From Chiloscyllium plagiosum (taxonomy: Eukaryota), in contig NC_057750.1 in assembly GCF_004010195.1 (NCBI RefSeq), forward strand, positions 6,846,554 through 6,910,553: a stretch of 64,000 bases of DNA, written 5' to 3'. The position numbers and the translations under genes are program-made. Under the pieces are notes generated by a model. That model made no database searches, had not been told where the DNA came from, and saw only the letters and a list, made by a program, of their open reading frames with translations. Positions 26,458 through 40,300 of this stretch are shown one piece after another; position 1 is the stretch's first letter, and every line of letters begins with the position of its first letter.

Positions 26458-26837
26458 CTGCAAAAACAAAAAGACGGAAATTAAAGACATTTCTAACTCA
26501 AAAGACTAACGGCATGTTGTCTCAATAGAGTACAGTCAAACCCTTTGATGTGGTTCATCACTGCAGGAAGTTCTAAAACCCTTCATTCCATCGATTTCTC
26601 CCAGACCCCTCAAGGAGCTCAAAGTCATGATTTAACCTCATCTGTCTCTTCTCTAAAGGAAGGGAACTACGTGTCATCGAATTCCTATATAGTGTCGAAG
26701 CAGGCCATTCAGCCCATCGAGTCCACACTGACCCTCTGAAGAGCATCCCATCAAGACCCACCCATTCCTGTAACCCTGTATTTCCCATGGCTAACCCACC
26801 TAGCATGCACATCCCTGGACATTATGATCAATTTAGG

Positions 26838-27145
26838 GGAGAAAGTGAGGTCTGCAGATGCTGGAGATCAGAGCTGAAAAGGTGTTGCTGGAAAAGCGTA
26901 GCAGGTCAGGCAGCATCCAGGGAACAGGAGAATCGACGTTTCGGGCATAAGCCCTTCTTCAGGCATGAGGAAAGTTTGTCCAGCAGGCTAAGATAAAAGG
27001 TAGGAGGAGGGACTTGGGGGAGGGGCGTCAGAAATGCGATAGGTGGAAAGAGGTCAAGGTGAGGGTGATAGGTCAGACTGGGGTGGGGGCGGAGAGGTCA
27101 GGAAGAAGATTGCAGGTTAGGAAGGCGGTGCTGAGTTCGATGATC
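26838..27145 (-). mobile_element. Family-A Penelope pLTR fragment with intact hammerhead core (26931-26966), inserted in a SINE
   Basis: Same family-A sequence plus a purine-rich extension; flanking duplication cattatga(t)tcaatttag. Confidence 0.7.
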
Positions 27146-27939
27146 TCATTATGATTCAATTTAGCAAGGCCAATCCACATCTTTTGAGAGGAAACCAAAG
27201 GAAACGGGGAGAACATGCAAACTTCACAGACAGTTGCCCAAGAGTGGAATCAAATCCAGGTCCCTGGCCCAGTGCTAACCACCCATGTGCCCAATGTATT
27301 CACGTGTCTGATTTTAGAGATGAGGAATGGCAGTCTTGTGCATCTCATGCTCAAAACGCAATCAGACATATTTATTAATTAAAAACGTAGTCAGTCAATC
27401 TATTTCCCACAATAAAAGGCCGTCAATCCACTCAGATTTTTTTAGTAAAAAGCAAAATCAACGGTTTTTTTTGTGATGTTCTTTTTAAAAAGTCAGTCAC
27501 AGTTAAACCTCACCCTGCCTGCAGGCATCAATTTTCTGTGTTCCAGTAATTACTAACGTACACAGCCTGACTGACTGACAGGCAACTTTGTTTGTTTAGC
27601 TAAAGGCCTCATGATCAGAAACCTTTCTATATATAAAAAAAGGAGACAGAAAGAGACACAGAAAATAATGCACCATGACAACAGCTTCCAAAATGTGGTT
27701 AATGAAGAAACAAACAAGAAAGCAGAGGGAGGGTTAATGAATATTTGAGAATAAACAGTTTCGTTAGGTGAGAGCTACAGAACTAAAAAGAGTGTTGATG
27801 GAACAAAGTTACAGTTCAGTCAAGAATCTGATTGACCAACGTAATAGGGTGGATGAGCTATGTGTCTACTTCAAATGTTTACAAGTTAATATCCACATAT
27901 AAATTTTAGATAAGTAGATCATGTCAGGGAACTATAACA

Positions 27940-28345
27940 ACCACTTATGTTGCTGTTCAGCTGAGGTTCAGTGGATAGTCGTTTTCACCCGAGTCATAAT
28001 GGGCCTGGGCTTCACTGCCACCCCAGCAAGTGAGGACTACAACAAGGCAGAGTTGTTCCCAGAGCAGTACAGACAGAGTGCCACACTGTTGGAGTCACCA
28101 TCTTTCAAAGAGATTTTAATCAGGCATGTGGGGGAAAACATCCCACAGCACTATTTTGAAAGGGAGCTCTCCCTGAGAATGTGGCCATTTCAGCCCAGAT
28201 TACACAAGGAATTGGTCATTATCCCCTGACAATTTGTGGGAGCTTACTGTATGAAACTTGGCTGCCACATTTCGTACGCTGTAACAGTGGATACAAAGAT
28301 ATTTAATTAGCTGTAAAGCCCAGTGAGGTGGCCAGAGGACATGGA
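27940..28345 (+). mobile_element. Degenerate DeuSINE/SacSINE-like element
   Basis: 'ttggtcattatc...tttgtgggagcttactgt...ttggctgccacatttc' resembles the Deu/Nin domain as recalled; family assignment is uncertain. Confidence 0.4.
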
Positions 28346-31300
28346 AAGCACTATATAAAACAGCAAGACTCTTTTCTTTGACTGCTAGGTCCTATAATGT
28401 AAATTGGGGAAGCAATGGCCTACTGGTATTATTGCTGGAGTGTTAATCCAGAGACTCAGATAACACCCTGGAGACCTGGGTTCAAACCCCATCATGGCAG
28501 ATGGCGGAATTTGAATTTCAATAAGTTTATTGAATTAAGAGTCTAATGATAAACATAAATCCATTGCCAATTGTTGTGGAAGAGCCCATCTTGTTCATGA
28601 AGTGTCCTTTAGGGAAGGAAACGGTTATCCTTACCTGGTCATGGATGAATGTGGGTTAGATGGGCTTCAGATGGGTATGACAGGTCGGCATAACTTGAGG
28701 GCCGAAGGGTCTGTACTGCGCTGTAATGTTCTATGTTCTATGGCCTACACATGACTCCAGACCCACTGCAGTGCGGTTGACTCTTAACAGCCCTCTGGGT
28801 AAGAAATGCAGGCCTAGCCAGAGATGCCCTCATCCCATGAGGGAATAAGAGAAGTTTGTGCCCACATATTGGTGCCTGCACCAATTTCTGATCATTTTCC
28901 CCCAATGTCCCCACAAGTGGGCACCAAGAGAGATCCTTCTTCCCAGAGTCATTTTAAGGTCACAGGCATTTTAAATTGTTGGAATGCAGAGAATACTGGT
29001 GAGACCAACCTAGCTTTCCAGTTGGATTGACATCTATCCTGTTGTATCAGACAGCTACAGAGATGGATTTTGGTGGGATGACGACATTGATTAAAACTGT
29101 GGAGCTCTTTAATGCCAAAACCCTAATCATGCCTTTTCTGTTCCATTATTAGTACCAATATCTTTGGCCCTCAAATCTGAAAGGTTCCCTCTCCACCACA
29201 ATTTACAGCAATAGCTCATGTTTGACTAGTGATTAGCCACTCACATGCATTAAAGAAACAAAATTAAAATGCCCACAATAATATTAGAGCAGATGACCAA
29301 AATGTTTAGTCATAGATGTGGTTTTAAAAGGGAGTATCTTAAAAAGACAAAGTACTTTCAAGAGAAATCCTAGACCATAGAGTCTGGCTGGCTGAAAGCT
29401 CAGGCACCAATGATGGCATAATTAAATTCAGGCATGCTCCCAAGAAACTAGAATTAGAGGAGCACAGATCCCCAAAGGATTTTAGAGCTTTTTTCTTTTA
29501 AAATTTACTTGTGGGACTTGGGTGTTGCTGGCTGGTCTTGCCCATTCCTAGTTGCTCTTTGAGCAAGTGGTGAGCTGCCTTCTTGAACCACTGTAGGTAG
29601 ATTCACAATCCCATTAGGTAGGGAATTCCAGGTTTTGGACCCAGCAACGGTGAAGGAATGGCGATATATTTCCAAGTCAGGGTGGTGAGTGCTTTGGAGG
29701 AAAACTTAAAGGTGCTAATGCTCCCATGTATCTGCTCTCCAGGTCCTTCAGGATGGTAGAGGTCATGGATTTGGAAGGTGCTGTCTTGGGTAAATTTCTG
29801 CAGTGAATCTGGTACATGGCGCTACTAGGTAAAAACAATGACTGCAGATGCTGGAAACCAGAATCTAGATTAGAGTGGTGCTGGAAAAGCACAGCAGTTC
29901 AGGCAGCATCCGAGGAGCAGTAAAAATCGACGTTTCGGGCAAAAGCCCTTCATCAAGAATACAGCTGCATTCTACATGGTGCTGCTGAAAGGTGGAGGGA
30001 GGAGATGCAGTGTCCTGGATGGTGTTGAGCTTCTTGAGTGTTGTTGGGGCTACCTCCATCCAGGGCAAGTGGGGAGCATTCCATCACACTCCTGACTTGT
30101 GCCTTGTTGATGGCAGACAGGCTTTGGGGAGTCAGGAGGGGAGTTACTTGCCAAAGGATTCCTTGCCTCTGACCTGCTTTTGTTTATTTGGCGAGTCCAG
30201 GTGAGCTTGTGGTCAATGGTAACCCCCAGAATGGTGGGTGATTCAATGATGGTAACAGCAAGGGCAGTGATTAGAATGTCTCTTGTTGGAGATGGTCACT
30301 GACTGGCATCTCTGGAGAAAGGAAGTAGTGATGCCATGATACAGTTTGAAAAAGAGGGGGAGAAGATTAGATTACTTACAGTGTGGAAACAGGCCCTTCG
30401 GCCCAACAAGTCCACACCGACCNNNNNCACATCTTTGGACTGTGGGAGGAAACCGGAGCACCCGGAGGAAACCCACGCAGACACGGGGAGAATGTGCAAA
30501 CTCCACACAGTCAGTCGCCTGAGTCGGGAATTGAACCCGGGTCTACAGGCGCTGTGAGGCAGCAGTGCTAACCACTGGGCCACCGTGCCGCCCACTTCTT
30601 AAAAAACAACAAGGCATTGTGCAACCAAGAGCCAGCATGTGGAGGATATGAGAGGGGAATGGAACTTGGTGTAAATTAGGATACAATAAAAGAAAATAAA
30701 AAACAGTCACATTTTTGGGAGAGTCATTTTAAAACAAAAGCTCCTGGCATTATGAGCATCACTGGTGAGGATAACACTTAGTGCCTTTGAGAAAAATAGC
30801 AATCAGCCACCTTCTTGAGCCACTGAACTCCCTGGGGTGTAGGGACACCCACAATGCTGTTCGTTAGACAAAGTTCCAGAATTTTGACATTGAACGAATA
30901 GCAATAGAATTCCAGCCTCAGGTGACTGTCTGCATGGAGGGTGCATGTTCTCCCCATGTCTGTGTGGGCTTCCTCCCACAGTCCAAAGATGTGCAGGTTA
31001 GGGTGGATTGGCTGTGCTAAATTTCCCCGTAGTGTTCAGGGATGTGCTAAGTGGGGTATCCATGGGGTTACAGGGATTGGGATGGAGAGTCAGTGCAGAC
31101 TCAATGGGCCGAATGGCCTCTCCCCAGAATGTAGGGATTCTGAGTCAGGATGATGGGTAGCTCAGAGCAGAATCTTCAGATGGTGGCGTTTCCTTGTCCT
31201 TCTTGATGGAAGTGGTCGAGGGTTTGGAAGGTGCTGTCTAATGGAGCCTTGGTGAATTTCTGCAGTGCATTGTGCAGATGGTACACACTGCTGCTACTGA

Positions 31301-31569
31301 GGATGTGGTGCTAGTCACAACAGGTTGCTTTGTCCTGGATGATAAAGCTTCAAGTGTTGTTGGAGCTGCACTCATCCAGTGATTCCGAACATCACTCTTG
31401 CTCTTGAAGCTAAAAAGCAAGCTCCAAAGCAACTGAAGGAACTAACAACTACACAGGACAGTTGAAGACCGACTCAAGACAACTATGTTGGTGTGGGCGT
31501 GAAACATACTACAAATAATATTTCAGCAAGTTACCTGTATTACTACATCATGCAACTGGAAGTTGCAGA

Positions 31570-32430
31570 TATGTGGTCACTTTTGGAATACTGCACTCAA
31601 TTCAAGTCTCCCTGCTTTAGGAGGGGTGTTGCAAAAACTGAAAGGCTCAGAAAAGATTTACAAGGATGTTGCCAGGGTTGGAGGATCTGAGCTACAGGTT
31701 TAGGCTGAACAGGCTGGGGCTGTTTTCCCGGGAGCGTCGGAGGCTGAGGAGTGACCTTATAGAGCTTTATAAAATCATGAGGGGCACAGATAGGGTAAAT
31801 GATCAAGGTCTTTTTACTCAGTTATGGGAGTCCAAAACAAGAAAGCATAGTTTAAAGGAGAGGAAAGATTTAGAAGGCCCCAAAGCAGCAACCTTTCATG
31901 GGAAGAGTGGTGCCTGAATGGGGTGATCTGTCAGAGAAAGTTTTCATAGAATCCCTACAGTGTGGGAACAGGCCCTTTGGCCCAACAAGTACACACCGAC
32001 CCTCCGAAGAGTAACCCACCCAATCCCATTCCCCTGACTAATGCACCTAACCTACAGGTCCCTGAACACTGAGCAATTTAGCATGGCCAATCCACCCTAA
32101 CCTGCACATCTTTGTGCTCATGGGAGGAAACCGGAGTACCTGGAGGAAACCCGTGCAGAAACAGGGATGCAAACTTTACACAGACAGTCGCCAGAGGCTG
32201 GAATCGAACCAGGGTTCCTGGCGCTGTGAGGCAGCAGTGCTAACCACTGAATCAGCATGCCACCCATGGAGGAGGCTGGTACAATTATAACATATAAAAG
32301 GCATCTGGATGGGTATATAAATAGGAAGGGGTTAGAGGGATATGGGGCTAATGGGACTGGATGTATATAGGATAGCCAGCCAGCAATGACAAGTTGGACT
32401 TAAGGGTCTGTTTCCACACTGTACAACTAT
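31570..32430 (+). mobile_element. CR1 3' fragment interrupted by a SINE (~31945-32265, minus strand)
   Basis: 'MLPGLEDLSYRFRLNRLGLFSRERRRLRSDLIELYKIM'. Confidence 0.82.
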
Positions 32431-33009
32431 GAATTTCTGTTGCATGTGTTATAGTAGGTCATTGTTTTTAAACATATAGTTTGAGTAGTAAAGCTGGTCA
32501 GCCCGATTTCAAAAATCAACAATTTAATTCTGTAATTGGAGACTCACTTTATACAAATTGGAAGAGAGAACAAGTTAGCATTTTGAACACAAGTGGAAAA
32601 AAAAGTTGGCTTTGCGTCTAAAAACTCATTAAATATTTCTTCTCAGAAACCAAAAACGATTAAAATGCTACAAAAAGTAACTCTCAAGATTGCAGTTTTG
32701 AATAAGATACACCCATTGTGCAAAACAAGCCAAACTGGAATTGAAAAAAAACAAGAAAATACTAAGAATGTATCCTGGCAACAGAAAAACCACACAAACT
32801 TTTCACTATCTTAAGAAAGACAGACCCTTTTTGAGAGGGATATCATGCTTTACAAGTCAAATAGACCAAACAGATTACTGGGAGTAGCAGCTTAAAAATA
32901 GACCAGCAAAGTGAAACACAGTTGCGCAGCGACAGTGGTCAGCCACATCCTGTAGTCTTTAAACTACATTTTACAAAGTTGGAAAAGCAAACAAGAATAA
33001 GACACCTAC

Positions 33010-33029
33010 TTCAAAGCAGCTTTGCTCAT
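33010..33029 (-). CDS. eml2: Candidate alternative first coding exon of a short EML2 isoform (MSKAAL-N)
   Basis: aagATGAGCAAAGCTGCTTTGAA|gtaggt: 20 coding nt ending in phase 2, in frame with the 29-nt exon; analogous to the 7-residue MSSFGAG start of short mammalian EML2; promoter motifs lie upstream. Confidence 0.6.
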
Positions 33030-33139
33030 CTTTCTGGATGAGGGAGGAAGAATTGGGTCAGGATTTTAAATACAAGCTACAAACTCTGACACCCAAGAGG
33101 GCAGACTTCAGAACACTTCGCTTCCCAACAGTCGGTCTG

Positions 33140-33210
33140 TTATATACAGCAAATTGACTCAATCAGCTTGTAAAGTCAGTCCAGGCCAATCAGATGCCAC
33201 TTCCTATTGG
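33140..33210 (-). promoter_or_regulatory. Candidate internal promoter (TATA box, AP-1 site, two CCAAT boxes)
   Basis: Minus-strand TATATAA at 33146-33140, TGACTCA at 33155-33161, CCAAT at 33186-33190 (+) and 33210-33206 (-); about 110 bp upstream of the ATG at 33029, in non-repetitive DNA. Confidence 0.5.
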
Positions 33211-33999
33211 ATGAGTGCCAACTGGATTTCCAGCATCACCTGATAGCAGTGAAACCACAAGCACAGGGTGAGTGCCTGGAGGTAACAGAAAATATTCGTA
33301 AACTGTTTCAGCACAATTTGATTTCGAAATCGACAATTTTGTTCTATAAACATGAAAAGATTATTTTCAAACTGCCCTCCCCATTAACCTTTTGGACTCT
33401 CAGCAGTCCCAGGGAAAGATGGATTGACAGAGCGTCACGCAACAACTGAGCATGTTCAGCCCTTCTTCAGGGGTTAGCGCTGCTGCTACATAGCACCAGG
33501 GACCTGGGTTCGATTCCAGTCTCAGGCGATTGTGCACATTCTTCCCCGTGTCTGCGTGGGTTTCCTCCGGGTGCTCCGGTTTCCTCCCACAGACAAAGGT
33601 GTGCAGGTTAGGGTGGATTGGCCATGCTAAATTGTCCGTAGTGTCCGGGGATGTGTAGGTTAAGTGGATTAGCTGTGGGGAATGCAAGGATAGGGCGGAG
33701 GCGGTGGGGTGGGTCTGGTTGGGATGCTCTTTGGAGGGTCAGTCTGGACTCAATGGGCTGAATGACCTGCTTCCACACTGTAGGGATTCTATGATTGTGC
33801 CAACTTTTTGGTGCGGCACTCCAATTGGTCACCATTTCCCTCATCGTTATCTGTAACGACCACAAATGTTTCCTCTTCAGCTATTGAGGCGGTTCCAATT
33901 TGAATACCATACTGAACCATGCCCTGCAACCCCCTCAGCTGTCTCCCAGGGCAACAGCTCACTCCATTAGAACAAAGGTTTCCTTGTGTTGTAGCTTTG

Positions 34000-35100
34000 A
34001 GTATACATAAATGGTCTGGAAGAAGGTATAGGTAGCCTGATTAGCAAGTTTGCTGGTGACACTAAGATTGGTGGAGGAGCAGATAGTGTAGGGGACTGTC
34101 AGAGAATGCAGCAGAATATAGATAGATTGGAGAGATGGGCAGAGAAATGGTAGATGGAGTTCAATCCAGGAAAAATGTGAGGTGAAGCATTTTGGAAGAT
34201 CCAATTCAAGAGCGAACTGTACAGTAAGTGGAAAAGTCCTGGGAAAAACAGAGAGATCTGGGTGGTCAGGTCCATTTTACCCTGAAGGTGGCAATGGAGG
34301 TCGATAGAGTGGTCAAGGAGGCAGACGGCACGCTTTCCTTCATTGGACAGGGTATTGAGTACAAGGAGAAAGTGAGGTCTGCAGATGCTGGAGATCAAAG
34401 CTGAAAATGTGTTGCTGGTAAAACACAGCAGGTCAGGCAGCATCCAAGGAACAGGAGAATCGACGTTTCGGGCATAAGCCCTTCATCAGGAATGCAAGAG
34501 TTCTGCATTGAGTACAAGAGTTGGCAGGTCCTGTTAGAGTTGTATAGGACTTTGGCTTGGCCACATTTGGAATACTGCGTACATTCTTGGTTGCCACATT
34601 ACCAAAGGACGTGGATGCTTTGGAGAGGGTGTAGAGGGGTTTTAAGCAAGATGTTGCCTCATTTGGAGGGTGTTACCTATGAAGAAAAGTTGAGTAGATT
34701 AGGATTATTTTCATTAGAAAGACAAAGGTTGACGGGGTCCTGAGTGAGGACTACAAAATCATGAGAGCTATAGATAGGGTGGATAGCAAGAAGTTTTTTT
34801 CCCCAGAGTGGAGGTCTCAATTACTAAAGGTAATAGGTGAAAGAGGAAAAGTTTAAGGGAGATATGTGTGGAAAGTTCTTTACGCAGAGGGTGGGGAGTG
34901 TCTGGAACGCATTGCCAACGGAAGTGGTAGAGGCGGGTATGATAGCATCATTTAAGATGTAGCTGGACAGATACACGAAAGGGCAAGGAGCAGAGAGATA
35001 CAGATTCTTAGAAAACCGACGACAGGTTTAGATAGAGGATCTGGATCGGTGCAGGCTTGGAGGGCTGAAGGGCCGGTTCCCATGCTGTAATGTTTTTTGT
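34000..35100 (+). mobile_element. CR1 fragment interrupted by a family-A element (34366-34506)
   Basis: 'SKFAGDTKIGG', 'LYRTLAWPHLEYCV'; TSD attgagtacaag at 34354-34365 and 34507-34518. Confidence 0.82.
34458..34493 (-). ncRNA. Minimal hammerhead ribozyme motif in a family-A element (sense to the eml2 pre-mRNA)
   Basis: Reverse complement reads ATTC-CTGATGA-A-GGGC-TTAT-GCCC-GAAAC-GTC-GATT. Confidence 0.62.
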
Positions 35101-36367
35101 TCTTTGAATTTGCTTTCACCTCATGGTACCTGAAAATTGAGATACTCAAAATATGATTTCTTTAAAATTCAGACATGCTAATGCACATTTTGAGAACATT
35201 AAACATTGCTCCAGTTAACCTGAGTAAGTGGCCTCTGATCACACATTTCTTTCCATTTTCTCAGTTCTGTTTTTATCTCAGCTTCTCTTGTTTCTTCGGA
35301 TTCCTGTAATTATTCCTTTGTCTCCCATTCAGAGCCGAGAACTCTGACTTTTCTACTGCTCAGATGAACTAGCCATGTCTCCACGGTATTATCTTCTTGT
35401 CCCTGGTTCACGTCCCACGTGGGAGACCTGAGCCCTATGTCTAAGCCAACATTCAATACTGAGGGAGTGCTACACTGTTGGAGATTCAATCCCTCAGAGG
35501 AGACATTAAATCAGGGCCCTGTCTGCTCTTTAGATAAGAATAAAAGTTCTCTTATTGAACACTATATCAAAAAAAGGGAGGTGATAGTCTAATAATAATA
35601 CCACTAGGCTACTAATCCAGAAACTCGCTAAAATTCTGGTGACCTGAGTTCAAATCCCACAATGGCCGATAGTAGCATTTGGATTCATGAAAAAAAATCT
35701 GGAATTAAGAATTTAATGATGACCATTGCTGACTTTCAGGATGTACCCATCTGGGTCACTAATGTCCTGTAGGGAAAGGAATCTGCCATCCTTATCTGGT
35801 CTGGCCTACACGTGGCTCCAGACCCACAGCCAATGTTGTTGACTTACTGCCCTCTAGGGCAATTGGAAATGGACAATAAATGCTGCCTAGCCAGCGATGC
35901 CTATGTCCTGCGAATGAATGAAAATAAATGCAGGGAGTACTCCCAGGTTAATATTTATCCTCAAAATTGAATGGATTATTTAATGGACTTTGAACCAAAT
36001 GCTGAATTAGGTGGCAAAAGCTTTTCAGAGATTTTATTGTAAATCTACAATGTATCACAAACTCGTTTCCACCTTTCTCATCTGGAAGACAACTCTTCAT
36101 TAGGGAAGAACCCAGTGTGATTTTGGAATATTGAGCACCCTAATTCACAAAATTGCCATGTTAACAAATTATTAACGGGGCAGCACAGAAATAACAAATA
36201 TCAAAAAGATGTAGTCGAATTATGGGTTGGGAGCACATCAAGATGGTGTTGGTGGGTGTAGTGATTGGAACCAGGTGGATCTTGTTGAGCATGAGATCCC
36301 TGATTGGGCTTGTTAACCTGGATCAGTCAGAGAGCCCTGGCTGACAGATATAAATAGGGGAGGATGC

Positions 36368-37305
36368 CCAGTGGAGGGCTCTCTACATGGGAGTCCTCCC
36401 CCTTTCCCTGAGGGATCTGGGGTGGAGGGTGCTGCACGCAGCGGTCCCCTGCAACCGCAGATTGCGGTGGTTCACGGACTCCCAGCTCAGTTGCTTGTTC
36501 TGTGGCGCTGTGGAGTCTGTGGACCATGTATATATTGGGTGTGGGCGCTTACACTCCCTTTTTGATTTTCTAAAAAACCTTTTTCTCTGCTTTTGGCTGC
36601 ACTTCAGTCCCACGCTCCTGATCTTTGGGCACCCGGTACGGAGGGGGGAGGGCAGGTCTGAAGACCTCCTCGTGGGTCTGCTCCTGGGCCTGGCCAAACT
36701 GGCCATCAACAGGTCCAGGCAGCGGGCCGTGGAGGGGGTCGTTAGGGCCGACTGCCTGCCCCTCTTCCGCGGTTACGTTAGGGCCCGAGTGTCCTTGGAG
36801 AAGGAGCACGCGGTGTCCACCAACACCCTGGAGTTGTTCAGGGAGAGGTGGGCGCCGCAGGGATTGGAGTGCATTATTTCTCCCTCCAACTCTATTTTGT
36901 TCAATCCCTGCCCTTCCCTTCACTGTTTGATCACACAGCATTGCCCTTTGATGGCCATTAACAGGTCCAGGCAGTGGGCCTTGGAGGGATTGTTAGGACC
37001 GACTGCCTACCCCTCTTCCATGGGCCCGGGTGTCCATGGAGAAGGAGCACACGGTCTCTACCAACACCTTCAAGATTTTCAGGGAGAGGTGGGCATCGTG
37101 GGGTGTGGGGTGCTCTATTTCCCCCTTTGACTCTATTTTGATTTAATCCCTGTCCTCCCTTTCACGTTTTCAATCACTCAGCATTGCCCTCGTTGAGAAG
37201 GGCACTGCTTGGCACTAGCCACTCGGATGTTTCCTTTCTTCCTGCTGGTGGAATATAAATATTTACGCACTTGTTGTTCTTCACTATGTCCTAAAAAGAG
37301 AAAAA
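36368..37305 (+). mobile_element. Tx1/L1-clade LINE 3' fragment (ORF2 C-terminal zinc knuckle) with internal duplication
   Basis: 'DLGWRVLH.AV..N......SCLFCGAVESVDHVYIGC'; ~36700-36945 is repeated degenerately at ~36951-37200; A-rich tail; a related fragment lies at ~37700-37890 (-). Confidence 0.8.
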
Positions 37306-40300
37306 AATATATAACTAGGGGATTATTAGAAACTCCTCAGTTCAGGGGCTGACTCTGAGCTGGCAACCACTGTACTTTGCATGAGTAAATAAAGGGTGAC
37401 TTGGTGAGGGAATACCAGCCTCTGTGCAGTTTTTTTTCTGTGGGAGAGCTGTTGTATGCTAGTCACCATCCTGCTCACTCATCCCAAAAGGAAAACTGCA
37501 GCTCTTTCTCCAGAAGTGCTCTGACAAAAAACCCAACATTTCTTTTTTCACCATCACCAAATCACCCGTGATATTTTTTCCACCGCCAGTAAGTCACCCA
37601 TTTTCCAATTGATTAATCTATGCCCAAGGCCCTGTTAAGGACAATGCTAACCATCAAAGGTGATTAAGAGGTCGGGAGAAAATGAGGGGGCTAAGTCAAA
37701 ATGGTTTGGAAGGGGTGATAAAGAGTCCCACCACCCTCTGGTGCCCACCTCTCACTACAGAATATTGGTGACACCATATGCTCCCTCTCCAAGGACACGC
37801 AGGCATGAACGTAGCCGCGGAAGAGATGTGGGTAGGTAGCAATTAGGACATTTTCCACAGCCTGCTGCCCGGGCCTGTTAATGGTCAGACCCCAGCTTTT
37901 GATATTTTTCATCAATCCATTCAAACACGTTATTACACACTAACTAAAAACTGAAAGAACTGTGGATGCTGTAAATCAGAAACAAAAACAGGAACAGAAA
38001 TTGCTGGAAAAGCTCAGCAGGTCTGGCAGCATCTGAGGAAAGAAATCAGAGTTAACGTTTCTGGGTCGAGTGACCATTCCTCAGAACCTCTTTCTCTTCT
38101 CCATCACCAAATCACCTGTGTTTTTTAAAAAAATAATCTATTAACCAGTTAGCAGACCATGGGGGCTTCTCTCATTGGACAGAAGCAACTGGTGGTGATT
38201 TAACCTGAGGGTCACCACATCTCGGGCAAGGAAGAGGTTGAGAAGGAGAGTCCTTCACTGTAATCTCCAAGCTATATGAATCAAACCCATGTTGTTGGCA
38301 TCACACTACTCTGTAAACCAGCAATCCAGCCAGCTGAGCTACACTGATTCCTAAGTTGAAAAGTGTGGTGCTGGAAAAACACAGCAGGCCAGGCAGCATC
38401 GGGTGCTGTGTTTTTCCAGCACCACACTTTTCAACTCTGGTCTCCAGTATCTGCAGTCCTCACTTTCTCCTAAACTGATTCCTAATCTATTAACCACCAT
38501 CAGTAAATCACCATTTTTTTTCCAATCGACTAAGGCCATCCAAGGACAAAAAAAGAAGCTCTTAAATCCAAAGTCTATTTGGCATCACTTGTTCTCAATC
38601 AACTCTAGAGCTGTTCTGGTTGACCTCTGCAATTCTGGCTCTGAAATTTGTAAAAACTACACCCTTTCCTTGTCTCAGTCTGCAATTGTTCTGGAAAAGG
38701 GATGGACAGAATCACATCAAAATCTCAGCGGCAACGCAGAAATAGATGATATAACTGGTGAAAAACGCACACCCTTTTGTTTGCCTCAGTGTGTCCTCAC
38801 CCTCAGTGTCTGTTCACAATTCATTGAGTTGTTTGTGACATGACAGAACAATTTGAAATAATCTGGTCAAAATTCAAATTAGCAACAGCTCATGTAGCGG
38901 TTCTAATGGAAATACAGCGACAGGTGCTGCAATAGATGCTCACCTCAGATCATCATTTATTAAAATGCATTCAATAGTTTCAGGGAAAACGGCTATTGGT
39001 TGGACAAAGACTTCCATCCTTTTAGGATGTGGAGATGCCATTGTTGGACTGGGGTGGACCAAGTTAAAAATCACACAACACCAGGTTATAGCCCAACAGG
39101 TTTATTTGGAAGCACTTGCTTTTGGAACGCAGCTCTATCAGCTGGTTACCACCTGTTGAAGGAGCTGTGCTCCGAAAGCTAGTGCTTCTAAATAAACCTG
39201 TTGGGCTATAATCTGTATTGTGTGATTCATCCTTTTATGGTTCTTTCCCATGGCCAGTGAGACAGTGACAGGTAAAAAACATGCAGATTTCTGTCTCAGT
39301 GGCTAGTTTGTTATTGCTGGGATAAGTCATTAGTCTATTCTCAGAAGCAGTAGTGTGAACTTGGTGGGGGAGACATTCTACATTAACGATGGTGCTCCTC
39401 TTCCATCTTACTGCCTTCTGTCGGCATATCCAATGGTTTACCGGTTGATGATCACTTTCTAACGCTTCTCTTTCGTCATCAGGACCTGCAGTGTGTCTTG
39501 AACCAGAGCCAACAACGCTACTCACTGGGCCACAAAACTGGGGAGATGACTACGCTATTTGAAAAAAAAGGAACATTGCCAAGGAATTAGAATCTAAAAT
39601 TAAACAACAAATTGAAGTTTCTCAAGTCACACATCAGCTGGTACAAGGATCTTTTCAGAAACAAGGAATTTGAGAATCCAGGGTCATTCTGCCAAGTTAA
39701 GTCTATCCTGAACCAGTTGGTAAAGCATGAAATCTAACACTATTATATTTTTCCAGATGATAGCTTTATTGAAAAATGTAGCATTACACATGCCCAATTC
39801 ACAACTGAAACCCCCGTGTTCCTGCAGACTCTCTATAAACTATTTTAATTAACCAATTAAGCCAAATCAAACAAATTCACAGGGTGAAAGAACTTTAGAT
39901 TAGGTTCCCTACAGTGTGGAAACAGGCCCTTTGGCCCAACAAGTCCACACTGACCCGCCGAAGAGCAACCCACCCAGACCCATTCCCCTACATCCACCCC
40001 TGACTAATGCGCCTAACACTACGGGCAATTTAGCATGGCCAATTCACCTGACGTGCACATCTTTGGACTGTGGGAGGAAACCGGAGCACACGGAGGAAAC
40101 CCACGTAGACAGGGGGAGAATGTGCAAACTCTACACTGACACTGCCCGAGGTGGGAATTGAATCTGGGTCCCTGGTGCTGTGAGGCAGCAATGCTAACTA
40201 TTGAGGCACCACGCCACCCATTTAAAAGGACATTGCAACACAAATCGACAAATCAAAAGAAACATTAATGCAGGTTTCTGGAAAACTATTCCAGTGACAT

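Noticed and set aside
30423..30427. Internally deleted SINE
   Set aside because: NNNNN assembly gap, not biology.
36387..37130. 247-aa ORF as a host gene
   Set aside because: It is the C-terminal zinc-knuckle part of a Tx1/L1 ORF2 running into an internal duplication.
39235..39525. Minus-strand ORF as the missing EML linker exon
   Set aside because: The splice phase is incompatible (immediate stop in the required frame) and there is no EML resemblance.
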